Shown here piece by piece: positions 60,409 through 64,000 of a DNA stretch of 64,000 bases. Under the pieces are notes generated by a model. It had not been told where the DNA came from. It did no database searches and was given only the letters and a program-made list of their open reading frames with translations. The DNA lies in contig OY969724.1 of NCBI GenBank assembly GCA_963702205.1, positions 3,744,001-3,808,000 of the forward strand. Reading direction: 5' to 3'. The stretch comes from an uncultured candidate division Zixibacteria bacterium (GTDB lineage Bacteria > Zixibacteria > MSB-5A5 > GN15 > PGXB01). The first letter of the stretch is position 1; the number at the start of each line of letters is the position of its first letter. The position numbers and the translations under genes were made by a program.

Positions 60409-60566
60409 TCTTACCTCATATTTCGGGAAATATATAATTTTCGTGACGGCGGGTTATCAATTGACTAATCCCTCTCTAACGCGAGTAAGTAAACCTACCG
60501 AAATATAGAGCTAAATCCAAATACGTCAATGGTTTATTTTGACAAATAAAGAAGAATAAAACGGCT

Positions 60567-61022
60567 TTATCCGTGGAGTTTGCCGGTCAGCCAGCCGACT
60601 TTGATCTCATCGTTCTTGAGATAGCTAAGCGGCACATACGGTTTAATGTCCAGCACCGGGGTGCCGTCGACCATTTCCGTATTGGTTATATGCAGAATAT
60701 TGCCTTCGATTTTCTTAAGACGCACCGTCGACATGCCGATCGGGTTGGGGCGGCGCGGTGAACGCGTCGCGAATACCCCATGCATCGTTTCATTATCAAG
60801 CGGGGGCTTAACCAAAAGCGGATACTCCCTGGACAGATGAAAATACGTTAATAGTATAATGTGCGAAAAACCCTCAAGGTCGGTCAGGCCTTCGACGTAC
60901 TCGGGATATATTTCAACCGTAGCGACCACACCCTCGGCCATACGTTCCGAACGCGGCGCGTCTTCGAGTCTTTTGGTCGGCGAATGGATGATGCCAATTG
61001 GTGTAAATGAAATCTGTTTCAT
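60567..61022 (-). CDS. trmO: tRNA m6t6A37 methyltransferase TrmO/TsaA family
   Basis: PIGIIHSP, LEGFSHI, GVFATRSPRRPNPIG, DGTPVLDIKPY; GAGG Shine-Dalgarno before ATG 61022. Confidence 0.88.
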   Translation of the reverse strand: MKQISFTPIGIIHSPTKRLEDAPRSERMAEGVVATVEIYPEYVEGLTDLEGFSHIILLTYFHLSREYPLLVKPPLDNETMHGVFATRSPRRPNPIGMSTVRLKKIEGNILHITNTEMVDGTPVLDIKPYVPLSYLKNDEIKVGWLTGKLHG

Positions 61023-61061
61023 GTTATCCTCAATCAAGCTCTATTTCTTATTGTATACCAC

Positions 61062-61217
61062 GTAGGTCGGGTTCCGATCCCGATGCAATCGGGAGAGAAA
61101 CCCGACATCCTGGATTTTAAGTGACCGGCAGACGCCCTCGTCTGCCGGTTGACAGGTCGTGCTATTTAAGTTCTGTCAGGTCCAGGTCCCGACGAAGTCG
61201 GGAGTATGACCTGACAG
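61062..61217. repeat. Three REP-like palindromes
   Basis: GTAGGTCGGGTT-[TCCCGATGCAATCGGGA]-AAACCCGAC; ACCGGCAGACG-CCCT-CGTCTGCCGGT; GTTCTGTCAGGTC-[TCCCGACGAAGTCGGGA]-GACCTGACAG. Confidence 0.75.
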
Positions 61218-61242
61218 TCTTTATACGTCTTAGCTTTAAAGC

Positions 61243-61311
61243 CTATCCCTGCTTCCCCGAATCGTACAACCTCTCCCCATCCTGATCAATCACCTCGACC
61301 GATACGTCAAT
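61243..61311 (-). repeat. Diverged 69-bp duplicate of the osmC 3' end (copy of 61350-61418)
   Basis: 64/69 identical, including the stop codon. Confidence 0.9.
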
Positions 61312-61349
61312 TTCGTGGGCGGCAGATGTCCACATCTGCCCCTCTTCTT

Positions 61350-61811
61350 CTATCCCTGCTTCCCCGAATCGTACAACTTCTCCCCGTCCTGATCGATCAC
61401 CTCGACCGACACATCAATGCCGTTGCGTACACTGGCCGTCACCACGCAAAAATCCTCGAACAGCTCAATACACTTCTTGAGCCTTTCGCCGCCGCTCTTG
61501 TCGACGTTGGCGTTGATAGTAACCCTCGTGGAACCGATACGCAGCCGCTTTTTCTCATTGCGGACCAGTTCAGTCGTGACCGTAGTTTTTATATCGCCGA
61601 TATCGACCCGCGCTTTCTGTAGACAGAACAACAGGCTGGCCGAAAGACAATTGCCGACCGCGGCCGAAAGCACTTTCGAAGCATTCGGGCCTTTGCCCGT
61701 GCCGAGCGGTTCGGGCTCGTCCATTACGAGCTCGATCCCACCCCCAAATTTAACTTTGAATTCAAAGGCGTCGAGCTGTTCCAATTCAACGGTTAATTTT
61801 GGTTCATCCAT
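61350..61811 (-). CDS. OsmC/Ohr family protein
   Basis: DEPEPLGTGKGPN, AVGNCL, DFCVVTASV. Confidence 0.88.
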   Translation of the reverse strand: MDEPKLTVELEQLDAFEFKVKFGGGIELVMDEPEPLGTGKGPNASKVLSAAVGNCLSASLLFCLQKARVDIGDIKTTVTTELVRNEKKRLRIGSTRVTINANVDKSGGERLKKCIELFEDFCVVTASVRNGIDVSVEVIDQDGEKLYDSGKQG

Positions 61812-61845
61812 TTATATTTCTCCCGCGTTTATTCGCCGCACGCTC

Positions 61846-63213
61846 TCACACAACCAACTCACTCATGAAATCCCGGGCGGTCATCTTCTCGCACGAAAAC
61901 ACCATGTCCCGGATTTCCTTCTGACGATCCTTCGACAGCAATTTCGCCGACAACCCGTTGAATTTAACCGTCAAATCGTCCATGGTCATCGGTTCGCGCG
62001 GATCACCTTTGGGATATTCCAGATACTCGCTGTACTCTTTGCCATCTTTGGTTTTCACTACCACTTTCGACGGCTGCTTGGCCGGGAACATCTTCTCGAA
62101 TTCCTGCGATGCCTCGCCTTTGATCTTGTCGATCACACTCCAGATACGTTCGTCCTTGAGCTTTTCTTCCGAGAACGACTGGGTCGTGATCTGATGATCC
62201 ACCAGCGCCGCGGCCAGACAGTACGGCAACGAATGATCGGCCGTCTCGCGCGATTCGGGACGGTACTTATGAGGATCGAATAGAATATCGCAGGCACGGG
62301 CGATGGTGGTAACCGTCACCTGCTCGACCTGATCGTACTTAATATCGTTTTTCGTCACGACATTCAGCAGGGCCGATAAATGTGTATGAGTCAGCGCTTC
62401 GGTCGGAAACGCCTTCATCCCGCACTCGAGAATTTTGTAGCTCTCTCCGAGCCCGCCGACCAGCTTGTCGGTCGCCCAGTCGGGACCGAAGACGTCCATC
62501 AGGCCTTCCTTGCCCTCGAATACGGCCGTCGTCCCGGTGTACCCCTTTTGAGCCATCAGCGCGGCGAAAACACCCGTCTGCACCGCCATCGGATCGACCG
62601 TGTTTTTCATCATCGTCAGCTTGCCCGCCGTCGGGCAGCCAATCGTATGATTGTGCGCGCCGTTGATGCCGATCGCATGCGCGATCTTTTCGGAATTCAA
62701 ACCGAGCATCTTGCCTGCTACTATCGGCGATACAAACTGCGTCAACGTCGCATGGTGCCACTTGCGCTCCCGCACACCGGGCACCGCGAACAGGCACATA
62801 CGCTGCTCGAACTCGTACGCCAGCACGATCGCGACGATCATGTCTTTCATCGAGGCGTCGGCCATCTCCCCGGTCGACAAAGCCGCCGGGATCAAATCCG
62901 ACGGATGCGAGGGGTCTTCTTTCCAGTAAATATCGTTGAAATCGAGGGCGCGAATCATTAGCGAATTGACCAGGGTCGCGTTGACTCCCGGAATTTTATC
63001 CCCGAAACCGATGACCGTAGCTTCATCTTTGCCGCCCATCTCTTTATATATGACGCGCAGGATATTGACGTCCTTCGTATGATACCCGCCGAATGCACAC
63101 CCGATTGAATCGTACAGGTACCGTTTGACTTCGGTGACGACCTTTTCGGGTAGGTCTTCGTATCTGAGCTTCACCGCGAATTCCGCAATCTGCTGTGAAA
63201 TCGTTTTTTCCAT
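61846..63213 (-). CDS. MmgE/PrpD family protein (2-methylcitrate dehydratase-like)
   Basis: RALDFND, SHPSD, VFEGKEG, SRETADHSLPY, PKGDPREP. Confidence 0.9.
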   Translation of the reverse strand: MEKTISQQIAEFAVKLRYEDLPEKVVTEVKRYLYDSIGCAFGGYHTKDVNILRVIYKEMGGKDEATVIGFGDKIPGVNATLVNSLMIRALDFNDIYWKEDPSHPSDLIPAALSTGEMADASMKDMIVAIVLAYEFEQRMCLFAVPGVRERKWHHATLTQFVSPIVAGKMLGLNSEKIAHAIGINGAHNHTIGCPTAGKLTMMKNTVDPMAVQTGVFAALMAQKGYTGTTAVFEGKEGLMDVFGPDWATDKLVGGLGESYKILECGMKAFPTEALTHTHLSALLNVVTKNDIKYDQVEQVTVTTIARACDILFDPHKYRPESRETADHSLPYCLAAALVDHQITTQSFSEEKLKDERIWSVIDKIKGEASQEFEKMFPAKQPSKVVVKTKDGKEYSEYLEYPKGDPREPMTMDDLTVKFNGLSAKLLSKDRQKEIRDMVFSCEKMTARDFMSELVV

Positions 63214-63230
63214 TTTCGTTTCCTTTATAT

Positions 63231-64000
63231 TTAATTTTGTATTGCCACGTTAGCGGGCGGTTCGAACGCCAGGTACTCGCGGAAAGCCCGGCTGGTCGAT
63301 ACGACAATCATGCACAGCGACGTCGTCGCGCCGCAGATAATAAAAATCAAACTAACGTCATTATCGAGCAGTTCCGCCACGACCCCGGCCAGCCCCATGC
63401 CCAGCGGCATCAAGCCCCCGGCGATTGTCTGCAGCAGCCCGAACACCCGCCCTCGGATTTCTCCCGGAGTCGTAATTTGCAGAATTGTCAAAATATACAC
63501 ATTAATGATTCCGCTGAACATCCCGATCATCAGCGTCACAAACAATGCCAGGAAAGTATCGAAGATGACCGCGAACAGTGCAAATTGTATACCCTGCAGA
63601 AACAGCAGTATTATTATCAGACGCGAGCGGCCCGTGCCGGAAATCTTAAGTGCCCCAGCGACGGCATACCCGATCAGCGCCCCAACCCCGAACGCGGCCA
63701 GAATAAAACCGAACCAGTCCGGTGTTGCGCCAAGCTGATCCTCTACATAGAACGGCATAAGCACGGCGAACGGAGCGGAGAAGAAATTCAGGAAGGTAGC
63801 GGCGACAAACAAGTTACGCATGCCCCGTCGCTGCCAGACATATTTCAAACCTTCAATCAAATCGGCCTTAAATTTTCGCATCTTCTCTCCGGCCGTACCG
63901 ACTTTCTCCGGCATAACCTGCGGTATGGATATAAACGACTCACTCAACGCACTGAATAAATAAGTTATGCCATCTATGATAAACAAAAGCGGTGCCCCCA
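63231..64000 (-). CDS. MFS transporter, partial (start lies outside the window)
   Basis: Frame open to the window edge; IDGITYLFSA, EGLKYVW, EIRGRVFG. Confidence 0.88.
   Translation of the reverse strand, partial: GAPLLFIIDGITYLFSALSESFISIPQVMPEKVGTAGEKMRKFKADLIEGLKYVWQRRGMRNLFVAATFLNFFSAPFAVLMPFYVEDQLGATPDWFGFILAAFGVGALIGYAVAGALKISGTGRSRLIIILLFLQGIQFALFAVIFDTFLALFVTLMIGMFSGIINVYILTILQITTPGEIRGRVFGLLQTIAGGLMPLGMGLAGVVAELLDNDVSLIFIICGATTSLCMIVVSTSRAFREYLAFEPPANVAIQN

Noticed and set aside
61243..61418. DGR template/variable repeat pair
   Set aside because: Mismatches are not adenine-specific on either strand, are mostly synonymous, and no reverse transcriptase is in the window.

Overview
Gene-dense bacterial chromosome segment from a diderm. 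The C-terminal 'CGDAN...C' dockerin-like domains and general gene style suggest candidate phylum Zixibacteria; this is inference, not verified. Contents left to right: a degenerate HisC-like gene plus a PHP gene; a Wza/SLBB exporter; greA; a cystathionine beta-synthase / gamma-lyase / methyltransferase operon behind an unannotated poly-Cys leader peptide with full attenuator geometry; bshB1; a FadL-type channel with an apparently inactive esterase lipoprotein; a ~20 kb Wzx/Wzy polysaccharide locus containing a MaoC-CitE-AAC(3) cassette; selD with in-frame UGA and a SECIS-like hairpin; an ECF sigma/anti-sigma/TPR operon; murQ; a complete suf operon; a FabL-like SDR; three tandem secreted dockerin-bearing hydrolases (one also with a cohesin-like domain); trmO, osmC, prpD-like and MFS genes. 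Four intergenic regions hold nested REP/REPIN-like palindromes. Five sigma54-type promoters were seen, three sharing a non-canonical -12 'GA'. No rRNA, tRNA, CRISPR array or transposase was seen. All family calls are from motif recognition by eye, with no database searches.
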